Virus record (IMG/VR): IMGVR_UViG_3300031759_000002
DNA from: a virus
Lineage: Duplodnaviria; Heunggongvirae; Uroviricota; Caudoviricetes
Direction: 5' to 3' (one strand)
DNA: 64,000 bases
Shown here: in pieces, positions 30,123-39,810 of the stretch
How positions within the stretch are numbered: the first letter of the stretch is position 1
How the letters are laid out: every line of letters starts with the position of its first letter
Notes under the pieces: model-generated
What the model was told of the DNA's origin: nothing
Database searches by the model: none
The model's input: only the letters and a program-made list of their open reading frames with translations
Program-made: the position numbers and the translations under genes

Positions 30123-30608
30123 TTACGATTTCTTTAATAATTTTGGATTTTCAAATATATTACCTATAATTGTAGCGTTTTTCATTTGAATTGCCCGTTC
30201 TAAATCAACAGTATATGTTCCATATTCATCCCCATCATCCGATGCCGATATTAAATCAAAAGAAGCATTGTAATATCTTACCCTATAATTATGCTTATAT
30301 GACTTGTCTTGGTCAGATACCAAGATATCACCTTCATAGATTTCTCTCTTTTTGAAATCTTTCAAGCCGGTAAATTGTTGCAATATATAACGTGGTTTTT
30401 TCACCGCTTTTAGATTTTTAATATATAAATTAGGATTTTTATTTTGAGAATAAGTTGGCTCAATACCTAATGTTCCTATATAATCAATTATTTCTCCGGT
30501 AAAAGTATCAATCGACCAATTAGAAAAACAATGTAAAGATGAACTGTTTTCTACAAATATTTGATTTTGATTATCCCAGATTCTAAATTTTATGATTCTT
30601 TGTTTCAT
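30123..30608 (-). CDS. YopX-family phage protein
   Basis: KFRIWDNQNQ..., IYEGDIL, C-terminal IGNIFENPKLL. Confidence 0.55.
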   Translation of the reverse strand: MKQRIIKFRIWDNQNQIFVENSSSLHCFSNWSIDTFTGEIIDYIGTLGIEPTYSQNKNPNLYIKNLKAVKKPRYILQQFTGLKDFKKREIYEGDILVSDQDKSYKHNYRVRYYNASFDLISASDDGDEYGTYTVDLERAIQMKNATIIGNIFENPKLLKKS

Positions 30609-31014
30609 TATTTTTTAAAATGTCATGGGTTGGGTTTCTATATATTCTATTAAATCCAAACAATCAATGCATAAATCTTGTATATATCTTGCACCATCTG
30701 CTCCATCATAATTATCACGGTCTCCCGATAATATTCTTTCGGCTTCTTGTAATCTATGATTTACTTGTTCTTTTAAATCTGTTAAATATTGTTGTGTCAT
30801 ATATTCCATTTTATATCTTCTTTTTTAAAATAAGCGTTTAATACTGATTTTCCCTCTACTAAGAAAGTTAATAAATCAGTCTCTGCATTTATTTTTTCAG
30901 CCCTTAATTCTCCATTTTCATTCATACAATATGATTTAATATCGAATGCTACTACAAACTTTTTACCGGTAGTTTTTCCTATATTAAGTTTAGGATTTTT
31001 ATTTTGAAAATACA

Positions 31015-31476
31015 TCATAATTTTGATATAAATAAAACTTCATTAAACTCGATAGTATCTGGTCGTTGGTATTTACCTATCATATTTTCTATAACGTGGG
31101 AAGGAACATTCCTACCACCCGAAGCAGCACGTTTAGCATTTCTCTCAATTGCAGTTTCTTTAGTAACTTCAAACACAACCGCAACCGTTTTAGAATTATT
31201 ATCCTTGGCTATATCAAGGAAATCTTTGCGTGTTTTACGATACATATTAGTTGCATCGATTATCACCGAATGACCTTCATTAAGGTATTCTTGTAATCGT
31301 TTACGAGCAATAGAAAATGCTTTTCCTGATACTGATTGGTCGGTTGCATCTCCCGATAATTCTTCTCTAATATCATCGGTGGATATTACACATTCAGCAT
31401 TATGATTCTCACATTTTGATGCCCAAGTTGATTTTCCACTGGATGGGCAGCCTACAAGGATATACACAGTTGTCAT
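31015..31476 (-). CDS. polynucleotide 5'-kinase (T4 Pnk kinase-domain homologue, AAA_33) without a phosphatase domain
   Basis: VGCPSSGKSTWAS versus T4 Pnk GCPGSGKSTWA. VIIDATNMYRKTR versus ISDTNLNPERR. AIERNAKRAASGGRNVPSHVIENM versus [21 protein letters not shown]. GC is higher than in neighbouring genes. Confidence 0.65.
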   Translation of the reverse strand: MTTVYILVGCPSSGKSTWASKCENHNAECVISTDDIREELSGDATDQSVSGKAFSIARKRLQEYLNEGHSVIIDATNMYRKTRKDFLDIAKDNNSKTVAVVFEVTKETAIERNAKRAASGGRNVPSHVIENMIGKYQRPDTIEFNEVLFISKL

Positions 31477-31521
31477 GTTATTTTATTGGATTTCTTGGTT
31501 GTGGATTGATATTTATATTAC

Positions 31522-32388
31522 ATGAATACAATACCACAGAATAAATTAAATGTCAATGAAAAGTTTATGCGAAAATGTCCGTTATGTAATATTGACATAT
31601 TTCATTCTAATAAATATAATTGTAATATTGCAGATAAAAAACAACAAATATGTAGAATGTGTAATATGAAAAAAAGGTCTGTTCAATATATTGGAATGGG
31701 AAATCCGTTTTATGGAAAAAAACATTCTAAAAAAACAATAGAAAAAATATTAAAAAATAGAGATATTTCTATATGGAAAACTGACGGATTTCGTAAAAAA
31801 ATGAGCGACGTAACATCGGGGAAAAATAATCCTATGTACGGAAAATCTGTTTATGATATTTGGTTTAAAAAATATGGAAAAGAAATTGCCGACCAGAAAC
31901 AATTGGAAGCAAGTAAGAAAAAATCTAAAAATAGTTCCGGTAAAAATAATCCTATGTACGGCAAACCATCTCCTAAAGGTTCTGGACAAGGTTGGAAAGG
32001 TTATTATAAAAAACATTTTTTTAGAAGCCTTAGAGAGTTGTCATATATGATATATTTGGATGAAAATAATATAAAATGGAAAAGTGCCGAATTAAAAATA
32101 TATTCTACTGAATATATTGATTATAAAGGAACTTCACGGACAACTAGACCGGATTTTATCTTAAATACTAATGAACTTATAGAAATTAAACCATTAAGAT
32201 TACATACAAGCCCATCAGTAATTACTAAGAAAATAGCAATGGAACAATTTTGTAAATTAAATAATTATTCATATAAACTAATGGATTTTGAAATAAATAT
32301 TTCTAAAATTAAAAATGAACTTGAAAATGGAAATGTAGAGTTTATTAAAAATTATAGAGAAAAGTTTTTAAATTATATCAATAAATAA
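31522..32388 (+). CDS. homing-endonuclease-like protein: N-terminal Cys4 finger, NUMOD3 repeats, C-terminal PD-(D/E)XK-like domain
   Basis: CPLCN...CRMCN. Three G(K/M)xNPxYGK NUMOD3 repeats. C-terminal RPDFIL...ELIEIKP is a PD...ExK pattern. Confidence 0.5.
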   Translation: MNTIPQNKLNVNEKFMRKCPLCNIDIFHSNKYNCNIADKKQQICRMCNMKKRSVQYIGMGNPFYGKKHSKKTIEKILKNRDISIWKTDGFRKKMSDVTSGKNNPMYGKSVYDIWFKKYGKEIADQKQLEASKKKSKNSSGKNNPMYGKPSPKGSGQGWKGYYKKHFFRSLRELSYMIYLDENNIKWKSAELKIYSTEYIDYKGTSRTTRPDFILNTNELIEIKPLRLHTSPSVITKKIAMEQFCKLNNYSYKLMDFEINISKIKNELENGNVEFIKNYREKFLNYINK

Positions 32389-32391
32389 TAA

Positions 32392-32422
32392 AAAAGCCAC
32401 CCGATTAAGAGTGGCTTGTCCG
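32392..32422. terminator. bidirectional hairpin terminator: aagccac-ccgattaaga-gtggctt
   Basis: 7-bp perfect stem between convergent genes. A-run upstream and T-rich downstream. Confidence 0.5.
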
Positions 32423-32436
32423 TTTAGTGTAACCTT

Positions 32437-32682
32437 TTATTGAAAACGGTAATTGGCATACTTTCGGTTATATTCCATACCAAATGACTTCAAATGGAGA
32501 ATAGAGTTCTTGTGAAACTTCAATGGCATTCCATTGCTTACAGGTTTAACTGTAACGTATTGGTCCGATACATTCAGCACATTAACTGTGCCAGAATAGT
32601 TCTTAGTAGTCAAGGAAACAAATGCTCCTTGAGTATTATTGATGATGTTATTTATTCTTCGATAATTCATAGTATTATTCAT
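32437..32682 (-). CDS. hypothetical protein
   Basis: ORF only. Confidence 0.3.
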   Translation of the reverse strand: MNNTMNYRRINNIINNTQGAFVSLTTKNYSGTVNVLNVSDQYVTVKPVSNGMPLKFHKNSILHLKSFGMEYNRKYANYRFQ

Positions 32683-32726
32683 AATTTAGTTTATATTATA
32701 TCAGATTTTTAAGAATTGTCAAGTAC

Positions 32727-33743
32727 TTATTTTGCCGATGTTCCAAGGTTAAGCAACATTGGAGAACTTTCGGGTAGAATGTTTTCTGGTAACTTGCCAT
32801 TCCAATTAGTAGCCATTGCCATTTTGGCTTGGGCTTCGATTAGGGCAATCTGTAACTGATTTCTAAATAATGCGGCTTCCTTAGCAGCGGCAAGTTTAGT
32901 TGCAGCATCAACTTGAGCCTGAGCCGTTGATACTATGATTGCATTTTCATTGGAATTGACTAATACCTTGGTAGCATTACGAGTAATGGTAGCCAATTGT
33001 TCCATTTGAGCGGTTTTATTATCTTGTTGTTTAACAAAACTTTCGTTGATACTATCTTGGATTTTACTATCTTTAAAATGCCAACCTTCTGCATTTCCTA
33101 AATATTGAATAGTAATACCTTTATTTTTAAATGTAGCCGCCGCATCTTGGAATAAATTGGAATATATTTCAGATTGCTTAGATTGAAACTCAGTTAGAGT
33201 TAATGACGAAACCTGACGATTTAATTCAGCAACTGCAAAACTACGAATGTTTTGGTCGGTGACATCGGCTAATGTTCGTTCACCGTGATAATATAAATAA
33301 GTGCTGGCGTCATCTTCTTCGATGTTTGCAGTAATGGTAAGTCCAATAATCAATCCGATATTATCTTTGGTATTAACCGGAATACCTTCGCTTTTACCAG
33401 TTGTTCCAGTTTCTTTATTATCGGTCCATTCCCGAGTAACCAATGAACGGTCAACGGTAATAACACGGACAGCATCAATCCATTCATAATCAAACCACAT
33501 ACGACCAGTTGACCGTACAACCTTATCAATCATAATTCGTTTTGATGCAACTTTTCGTTGATTCAAAAAATCAACCGAATTAAACTTTGCTTGTCCTGAT
33601 TGACTCAATGTATCAAGTGGAATTACCCAGCAAGTTTCATTTGGTTTAATTTCTTTAGGAGTTTGAACTTTAGCAGGTCCACATCCAGTTAGTGTCGCTG
33701 CAATGCCAATAGCAAGCAGCCCGATGAGTAGTTGTTTTTTCAT
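32727..33743 (-). CDS. SPFH (band-7/stomatin/prohibitin-like) domain lipoprotein
   Basis: Lipobox LAIGIAATLTGCG. Long coiled A/Q/E-rich C-terminus typical of SPFH proteins. GC above local background. Confidence 0.5.
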   Translation of the reverse strand: MKKQLLIGLLAIGIAATLTGCGPAKVQTPKEIKPNETCWVIPLDTLSQSGQAKFNSVDFLNQRKVASKRIMIDKVVRSTGRMWFDYEWIDAVRVITVDRSLVTREWTDNKETGTTGKSEGIPVNTKDNIGLIIGLTITANIEEDDASTYLYYHGERTLADVTDQNIRSFAVAELNRQVSSLTLTEFQSKQSEIYSNLFQDAAATFKNKGITIQYLGNAEGWHFKDSKIQDSINESFVKQQDNKTAQMEQLATITRNATKVLVNSNENAIIVSTAQAQVDAATKLAAAKEAALFRNQLQIALIEAQAKMAMATNWNGKLPENILPESSPMLLNLGTSAK

Positions 33744-33749
33744 AAATTG

Positions 33750-34004
33750 TTAATTATTTTGTTTATTATATTTAATCATAAATTGTATCCAAATAATAGA
33801 TAAAATCACAGCACAAGACCACCAGATTAAATCGTTAATTTCACCATCACGGACAAACTTAGCCCATCCATAATTACCTACGCTATCATTTAAACTATTA
33901 GCAGTGGCAAGTCCAGTAATAGGAGAATAGAAGAAGTTAATTGTTTTATCAAGTGTTAAAGATAAAAACACAGTTATTGCACTAAGCATAATTCGTAATT
34001 TCAT
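33750..34004 (-). CDS. small membrane protein
   Basis: Two hydrophobic segments. Confidence 0.35.
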   Translation of the reverse strand: MKLRIMLSAITVFLSLTLDKTINFFYSPITGLATANSLNDSVGNYGWAKFVRDGEINDLIWWSCAVILSIIWIQFMIKYNKQNN

Positions 34005-34024
34005 AATGAACGGAGTATATCAGG

Positions 34025-34423
34025 TTATAGATTATTGTCAATGACTTTTTGAGCCGAAGTTAAAACGGATAGAATATTTTGTTTTCCCATATAATTCATA
34101 CTATGAATATAATATTCTGGTAATTTTAATTTGTTTTCAATACAATATTCTGCCATAAATATAGCGGCATGATATCCGGTTTTTTCTTTAATGTTATTAT
34201 AATTTATATTTTTATCAGTATCATTGGCTCTATGATATTCTTGATAATGTTCCATACAAAGGTCATGATCAAAACTAACGATATTAATATTGTTATTTAA
34301 AACAGCATTTACAAACTCATTATAAGTTCTAACAATGGTCCATTCCACCAATGGTAATTCTATCCAATATACATGTCTTGGAAGACGTTCATCATCTAAA
34401 AATAAATTAATTTTTTTCTTCAT
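34025..34423 (-). CDS. hypothetical protein
   Basis: ORF only. Confidence 0.3.
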   Translation of the reverse strand: MKKKINLFLDDERLPRHVYWIELPLVEWTIVRTYNEFVNAVLNNNINIVSFDHDLCMEHYQEYHRANDTDKNINYNNIKEKTGYHAAIFMAEYCIENKLKLPEYYIHSMNYMGKQNILSVLTSAQKVIDNNL

Positions 34424-34459
34424 ATAGTTTTATAAATATAGGATCAAATCTAAAATAAT

Positions 34460-34720
34460 TCATATTTTATATTTGTTTATTAACATCCTACGTTCATCGC
34501 ACCATTGGCATTGGTCGTATTCATTATCATTAAATACTGAACCTTCCATATCGGGACATCCGCAATCTAGTGCCATCTCTCGTGTTACATATTGTCGAGA
34601 TTGAGTTTGGATAATTCCATTACCATCGCAATTAGGACATATTGCCATTTGTAATAATTCAATTACCGAGTTTGTATCTTTTTCTGTCATATTATTCTTT
34701 ATAATAATTAAACCATTCAT
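34460..34720 (-). CDS. hypothetical Cys-rich protein (CPNCDGNG, DnaJ-like CxxCxGxG finger)
   Basis: Cys pattern. Confidence 0.3.
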   Translation of the reverse strand: MNGLIIIKNNMTEKDTNSVIELLQMAICPNCDGNGIIQTQSRQYVTREMALDCGCPDMEGSVFNDNEYDQCQWCDERRMLINKYKI

Positions 34721-35063
34721 CCAAGGTCATGATTTTTGGCTCATTGTATTCTCGTGGTTTATTGGACAAAGATTGATATATTGTAAAATCATTAACGTCC
34801 AATTCTTTAATTGTTCCCAATTTAATATTTAAATTAACGTTGGGTTTCATTTTATCCCACGCTTTCCATTTTTCTTGTTTAGAAGATGTGCTGGGACACT
34901 TTTCTTCCCATTTGGAATACATGACTAATTCTCTTCCAATTCGTTGCCACTCTTCATATAAATCATATTCCGCCTTTTCTTTTGATTCATATTCAAATGG
35001 AATATGATTTGGATATGAATAAGTACAGTGGTCCGATATATCGTATGTTAATACTAATTTCAT
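34692..35063 (-). CDS. hypothetical protein
   Basis: ORF only. Confidence 0.3.
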   Translation of the reverse strand: MKLVLTYDISDHCTYSYPNHIPFEYESKEKAEYDLYEEWQRIGRELVMYSKWEEKCPSTSSKQEKWKAWDKMKPNVNLNIKLGTIKELDVNDFTIYQSLSNKPREYNEPKIMTLDEWFNYYKE

Positions 35064-35242
35064 AAATCGGTTCTGGAGTTTAAATATTTTTTTAAAATTC
35101 TAAGTTCTTCAATTGAAATTGGAAACTCACAACTTTGGTCTTCGTAATCTTCTGGTATTTCGTATATTATTTTGGTCCAGTGTCCATGACATATTTCAAT
35201 TGAAACGTCATCGCTTATTTTTATGGTTTCAATATTCATAAA

Positions 35243-35725
35243 TTACCAACTATCATAATCGGTTATATCCCATTTAACATCACAAGTTCCACAAATAATT
35301 TGAACTCCGGTTCCTATTCCATTTGGTGAGAATAATATTTTAAATGAATATGCGTTACAAACTGCTCTATGTCTATCTACTAAATTGAAATATCTTTTAG
35401 ATTCATTAGGATTCATTTCAAATGATACGATTTTAGTCAATCTATCTATCATTTTATTTATATATACTGGTTTTACATCTAGGATTTTTTCTTTTTTTGA
35501 ACCACGTTCATTATTATGTGGAGTGAACTCATTTTCATTACTTTCCTCGAAATATAATTGAGCGGCGTTATGACATTCTTGGTGCCAGCGATTACTTTGA
35601 AAATCTCCTTGATATTCACCGACTTCTTTTACGTGTTGTTCTCCTTTTAGGATTTTTTCAGAACACCAAATACAATCATATTCTTTTTTTGCATTTGGTT
35701 TAGTAGTGCTAATTAGGTTATACAT
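35243..35725 (-). CDS. hypothetical Cys/His-rich protein
   Basis: ORF only. Confidence 0.3.
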   Translation of the reverse strand: MYNLISTTKPNAKKEYDCIWCSEKILKGEQHVKEVGEYQGDFQSNRWHQECHNAAQLYFEESNENEFTPHNNERGSKKEKILDVKPVYINKMIDRLTKIVSFEMNPNESKRYFNLVDRHRAVCNAYSFKILFSPNGIGTGVQIICGTCDVKWDITDYDSW

Positions 35726-35728
35726 AAA

Positions 35729-35947
35729 TTATATTTCCGCCGATATTTGTTTAATTTCAGGTGGAAGTTTTGGCAATTCCATCCAATAAATTATTTTAAT
35801 GTCTGAAAATGATTCAGAATCAAACAACCAATGAATACACTCATTTCCCAATATATAACGGCAAATGGCAATGGTTGCTCCATCTGATATAATAATTCTT
35901 GTATTTTCAGGCGGCATATCGGTTATTATTCTTTTCCACATAGCCAC
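35729..35947 (-). CDS. hypothetical protein; likely start at ATG 35941 (leaderless)
   Basis: Consensus promoter immediately upstream. Confidence 0.35.
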   Translation of the reverse strand: MAMWKRIITDMPPENTRIIISDGATIAICRYILGNECIHWLFDSESFSDIKIIYWMELPKLPPEIKQISAEI

Positions 35948-35949
35948 AT

Positions 35950-35977
35950 ATTATACAGTTTTAAGATTGTAAGTCAA
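35950..35977 (-). promoter_or_regulatory. consensus promoter TTGACT-N16-TATAAT
   Basis: Minus strand: tccTTGACTtacaatcttaaaactgTATAAT. The TSS is predicted at about ATG 35941. Confidence 0.55.
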
Positions 35978-36192
35978 GGATTACTTTTCTGGTCTGATTT
36001 TGAAACTTTTTTATTTTTAACAACTCGTTCTACCCTAGACACATATACATTTCCAATTGATGCTTCATTTATACTCCATGTAACAATGGAATAATATCTA
36101 TTATCTGGCAATTTCAATGCTTCTCTCACTTCTTCGTCCATTCCATTTGGATTCTCCAAATATTTTTCTAAAAGTTTGCCGGTTAATTTCAT
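35974..36192 (-). CDS. hypothetical protein
   Basis: ORF with a consensus promoter 6 nt upstream. Confidence 0.35.
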   Translation of the reverse strand: MKLTGKLLEKYLENPNGMDEEVREALKLPDNRYYSIVTWSINEASIGNVYVSRVERVVKNKKVSKSDQKSNP

Positions 36193-36198
36193 ATTCTC

Positions 36199-36260
36199 AA
36201 TATAGCAGGTTTAATCTACATGTCAAATTAAATTGACATTTGAGTCAAATATGTTAAACT
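36199..36260. promoter_or_regulatory. divergent promoter pair sharing a palindromic -35 region TGTCAAattaaaTTGACA (36221..36238)
   Basis: Minus: TTGACA-N16-TATATT, then gagaat, then ATG 36192. Plus: TTGACA (36233..36238)-N16-TAAACT, then taaaaa, then ATG 36267. Confidence 0.5.
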
Positions 36261-36266
36261 TAAAAA

Positions 36267-36722
36267 ATGGGTGATATAGCCGATATGGACGCAGATAGTA
36301 TGTGGGTTGATGATTATTATTCATATCCCCACTATATTGAAAATCCTAAATGTAAAGGATGTGGAACTACTCATGTCCGATGGGGAAAATATAAAACTAA
36401 ATGGATTTTAGTAAATGATAATGATGCTCCTCACCGATGTAAAAAATACGAACTTCCAATTGAAGTGATGAAGGATTTGGCATTAGAAAACTTAAAAAGA
36501 CAGAAAAAGATTAAAAGTGATAGAATATTCCAAAAATCCATGGGTTATAATGGTATAAAGCGGGTAGTCAACGAATTGGTAACTAACGAACAATTATTAG
36601 ATTTATATACAAGATGGGTAGATTATTCTGCGAAAGATGCCTGTAATAATTCAGGTGGATTTAGAATATATGATAATAAAGTATTAGAATTAAAACAAGA
36701 ATTACTGAAACGATTAAAATGA
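36267..36722 (+). CDS. hypothetical protein
   Basis: ORF only. Confidence 0.35.
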   Translation: MGDIADMDADSMWVDDYYSYPHYIENPKCKGCGTTHVRWGKYKTKWILVNDNDAPHRCKKYELPIEVMKDLALENLKRQKKIKSDRIFQKSMGYNGIKRVVNELVTNEQLLDLYTRWVDYSAKDACNNSGGFRIYDNKVLELKQELLKRLK

Positions 36723-37213
36723 AACTCTGGAATAAATTACAAGATAAATATACTATTTTATGTCCTTATTTCTATCGAGATATATCATATGGAATTAGGT
36801 GTTGGCTTAACCCTAGAAATAAGTGGGTTAAGAAGTCAATAAGTAATAGATGGTTAGATCTTGACACAATTTATGAGAATGTTTTATTTGCCGGTATAAT
36901 TGATTATATTGAAGGCGAAGATGCTTTAAATGTAATAGGATGGGATAATCTTAAATCTGAAAAAGAAGCAATTATTAAAATATATAATTGGGCTAAAACC
37001 GGCAGAGCCGAAATGCAGAAAAAATTAGATGACTCATATCCTCCATTTGATATATCCAAAGGATTTCCTCTTCAATATAATAATCCTGATGACGCCAAGA
37101 AAAAATATGAAGAATTATATGGAGAAACCAATCGGCTGGAAAAATTGATATATGATACTGATACTGAATACATGATTTGGTTAGTAACTCATAGGAATAT
37201 ACTCTGGACTTGA
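36719..37213 (+). CDS. hypothetical protein
   Basis: ORF only. Confidence 0.35.
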   Translation: MKLWNKLQDKYTILCPYFYRDISYGIRCWLNPRNKWVKKSISNRWLDLDTIYENVLFAGIIDYIEGEDALNVIGWDNLKSEKEAIIKIYNWAKTGRAEMQKKLDDSYPPFDISKGFPLQYNNPDDAKKKYEELYGETNRLEKLIYDTDTEYMIWLVTHRNILWT

Positions 37214-37220
37214 CAATATT

Positions 37221-37673
37221 ATGAAAATAAATGAATTAAAAATAAACGATAGTATAGAATACAATAGTATTTTGGGTATAAAACGCAAAGGAATTATAGG
37301 CGATACTAATACCGGAAATGATAATAAACATTTTTTGGTAAATGTTATTTCTAATGTTAATACTATAGAATATGTTCCATATGATAAAGTTATATCTAAA
37401 TTAGAACCAATGTATAAAGAAATACCAATAGAACATCCTATTGTGTTTAAACCAGTATCATTTGACATTATGCTAACTTCAGTTTCTCATAATATACCTT
37501 CTACTGAAGAACCTTTTTTTTATACGGGGTTATATTATTTTGATATTGTACATAGTCCTAATACTTTAATTTCTGGGTATGGAGAAAAAGGATTTGTGGA
37601 AATGAAATATTATGGATTACTACCTTTTAATACGACTAAAAAATATAAAATTACTATTGAAGAAATTATATGA
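37221..37673 (+). CDS. hypothetical protein
   Basis: ORF only. Confidence 0.35.
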   Translation: MKINELKINDSIEYNSILGIKRKGIIGDTNTGNDNKHFLVNVISNVNTIEYVPYDKVISKLEPMYKEIPIEHPIVFKPVSFDIMLTSVSHNIPSTEEPFFYTGLYYFDIVHSPNTLISGYGEKGFVEMKYYGLLPFNTTKKYKITIEEII

Positions 37674-38095
37674 ATGGAAGACCCCGATTATCTTGGGAAG
37701 AAACTTGTCTGCGTCTGGCATATGATATTGCCAAATATAGAAGTGAAGACCCTTACGTTCAAGTAGGTGCATGTGCTTTAAAAAAGAATGGAAATGATTT
37801 TGCATTGGGATATAATGGAGCATTACCTAAACATGATATAGATTGGTCAGATAGAGATGAACGAAGAAAACGAGTAGTTCACGGAGAAGCCAATGTATTA
37901 AATAGAATATTACCATATGAAGTTGAGTTTTTAGCAGTTACTCATTTACCTTGTCCCGAATGTATTAAAATTATTGGTTATAAACAAATATCGAAAGTAT
38001 ATTATTGTGAAGAGATGGAAAAATACCCCAATGAACTTACCAAGCAACTTGCTAAAGAATGGAACATTGAACTAATACAGATGAATATTAAATAG
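37670..38095 (+). CDS. dCMP deaminase (CDA-fold zinc deaminase)
   Basis: VHGEANVLNRI (HxE) and LAVTHLPCPECIKII (PCxxC). Confidence 0.7.
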   Translation: MNGRPRLSWEETCLRLAYDIAKYRSEDPYVQVGACALKKNGNDFALGYNGALPKHDIDWSDRDERRKRVVHGEANVLNRILPYEVEFLAVTHLPCPECIKIIGYKQISKVYYCEEMEKYPNELTKQLAKEWNIELIQMNIK

Positions 38096-39038
38096 GATAT
38101 ATTAATGCCCAACCTTTGGAAGTAAATATTTTATTATTTATTAGTTTATATAAACTATCAATACAAAGATTTGCTTTTAATTTTAATTCGTGTCTAGTTC
38201 CTACAAATATTTCGCCAGTTTTGTTATGGATAAAATTATAAATAGTATTATCAAATGCGTGATTTTCCTTCCCTCTATATTTTCCAGTTCTTGATTTACT
38301 AAGTTTTTGTTTTGTTTCCTTGGACATGTGAGTTCCTTTCATTGGAGATCCATATTTTTTGATCCGTTCTCTTGTCGCAATTCCAACTGCTAATCTATGT
38401 TCCAAAGAAATAATTTTACCTCTATTGGCATCGCTCATTTTTTGTTTGGCTTCATCTGTATGTCTATACCCAGTATGAACTTTGCTTAATTTTTTACGAG
38501 ATTCCTTTGTCCATACTCTGTTTTTATTTGATGCTCTAACACATTCTCGCATATAATCAGTTACTTCTAATCTATCGGCTATAAACTGTATGTTATATAC
38601 ATTATCTATTTCTGATTTTGCTATATCTAAATATCTTTGTTCTACAATTTTTAATAATTCTATAGGAACATATTCTATAATCATTATATAAAAATTATCT
38701 TCTCCAAATTTGTTCCATGCTCTTTGAAGATGTCTGTTTCTGTGTTTTTTAGATTTTAGTGCCCATAAATGACCATATTTAATTCTAATTCTAATATTTT
38801 TAGCACTTCCTATATAGTATTTGTTATTTGTTTTATTTATTATTTTGTATATTCCACTTTTTTTTGTTATAGTATCGTCGCATATTTTTAATATTGATTT
38901 TTCTTTTGTGTTTATTATAGTATCTATTTCCTCTGGCACGTTGCTGTTCGAGTAATTCTTCTCTGGTTCTATATAACTTTTTTCTTCCCATATTTTTTCT
39001 TTCTCTTGACTTTGGTTTAATTTTGATGTATCATTCAT
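38088..39038 (-). CDS. GIY-YIG homing endonuclease (I-TevI/Seg-like) with NUMOD3 repeats
   Basis: SGIYKIINKTNNKYYIGSAKNIRIRIKYGH...NRHLQRAWNKFGEDNF. C-terminal IYNFIHNKTGEIFVGTRHEL. The catalytic domain starts about 60 aa into the ORF. Confidence 0.65.
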   Translation of the reverse strand: MNDTSKLNQSQEKEKIWEEKSYIEPEKNYSNSNVPEEIDTIINTKEKSILKICDDTITKKSGIYKIINKTNNKYYIGSAKNIRIRIKYGHLWALKSKKHRNRHLQRAWNKFGEDNFYIMIIEYVPIELLKIVEQRYLDIAKSEIDNVYNIQFIADRLEVTDYMRECVRASNKNRVWTKESRKKLSKVHTGYRHTDEAKQKMSDANRGKIISLEHRLAVGIATRERIKKYGSPMKGTHMSKETKQKLSKSRTGKYRGKENHAFDNTIYNFIHNKTGEIFVGTRHELKLKANLCIDSLYKLINNKIFTSKGWALIYPI

Positions 39039-39095
39039 ACGAGTATAAATATAATGTCATATTAAAAAACGTCATATAAAATGAAAATATTTTTA

Positions 39096-39123
39096 TTGAC
39101 ATTTTTAATATTTCTGTTATACT
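39096..39123 (+). promoter_or_regulatory. consensus promoter TTGACA-N16-TATACT, 30 nt upstream of ATG 39153
   Basis: ttTTGACAtttttaatatttctgtTATACT. Confidence 0.55.
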
Positions 39124-39152
39124 TTAACATAATTAAAAATTAATAAAAATAT

Positions 39153-39587
39153 ATGGCAAAATTCGACATAGAACAAATTAAATTAACATTAACTGAACGC
39201 AATGTAGATGAACCTACTATATTAGCAATTATTAAAGACCTTGAAGCGGTAGCTGTTGAGGAAGCAGAGGAAAAAGAAGCTAATAAATTGCCTAAGTTAC
39301 TCTATAATCATCTTGTATTTATTAACGATCCAGAAGGTAAGATTAAAGATGAATTTGATGCCTTTGTTGTAACCTATAAAGAGGGAACTCCGGCAGAAAC
39401 GGTTCTTCAGAGACTTAGAGATGCGGCTAAAACTCAGAATGAATTAACTAAGAAAAAGAAAAATAAAATTACTAATCTTGGAGAATTGTTTCAATTAATT
39501 AAGCCCAAATCACTAAAGGAACACGGAATAAAAATTCGCACTAAGGAGTCAGTTCAAACCATTCCAATCAATGGTAAACAGTTTTAA
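39153..39587 (+). CDS. hypothetical protein
   Basis: ORF only. Confidence 0.35.
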   Translation: MAKFDIEQIKLTLTERNVDEPTILAIIKDLEAVAVEEAEEKEANKLPKLLYNHLVFINDPEGKIKDEFDAFVVTYKEGTPAETVLQRLRDAAKTQNELTKKKKNKITNLGELFQLIKPKSLKEHGIKIRTKESVQTIPINGKQF

Positions 39588-39592
39588 TTATT

Positions 39593-39808
39593 ATGGATAC
39601 TTGCCATTTAATGGGAAGACAGGGAGATAATTCTTACCATCATCCTTGGGTGAGTAGAGATTATGAAGAGATTGACTGTAGGGCAACCGGATGCTTCTTC
39701 AATAAAGAATTGAAGTGTTCGGTCCCTTCTCTTTGTAAAATTGATGATACTGGAAAATGTGTAGGATTTAAAGCAAAACAACAAACTACTATAGTTGATG
39801 GAGATTAA
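39593..39808 (+). CDS. hypothetical Cys-containing protein
   Basis: ORF only. Confidence 0.3.
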   Translation: MDTCHLMGRQGDNSYHHPWVSRDYEEIDCRATGCFFNKELKCSVPSLCKIDDTGKCVGFKAKQQTTIVDGD

Positions 39809-39810
39809 AT

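Noticed and set aside
36218-36240. Palindrome TGTCAAattaaaTTGACA as a rho-independent terminator
   Set aside because: There is no downstream T-run. Both halves are exactly positioned -35 elements for divergent promoters, each with a 16-nt spacer, a -10 box and an ATG. A dual role as operator remains possible.
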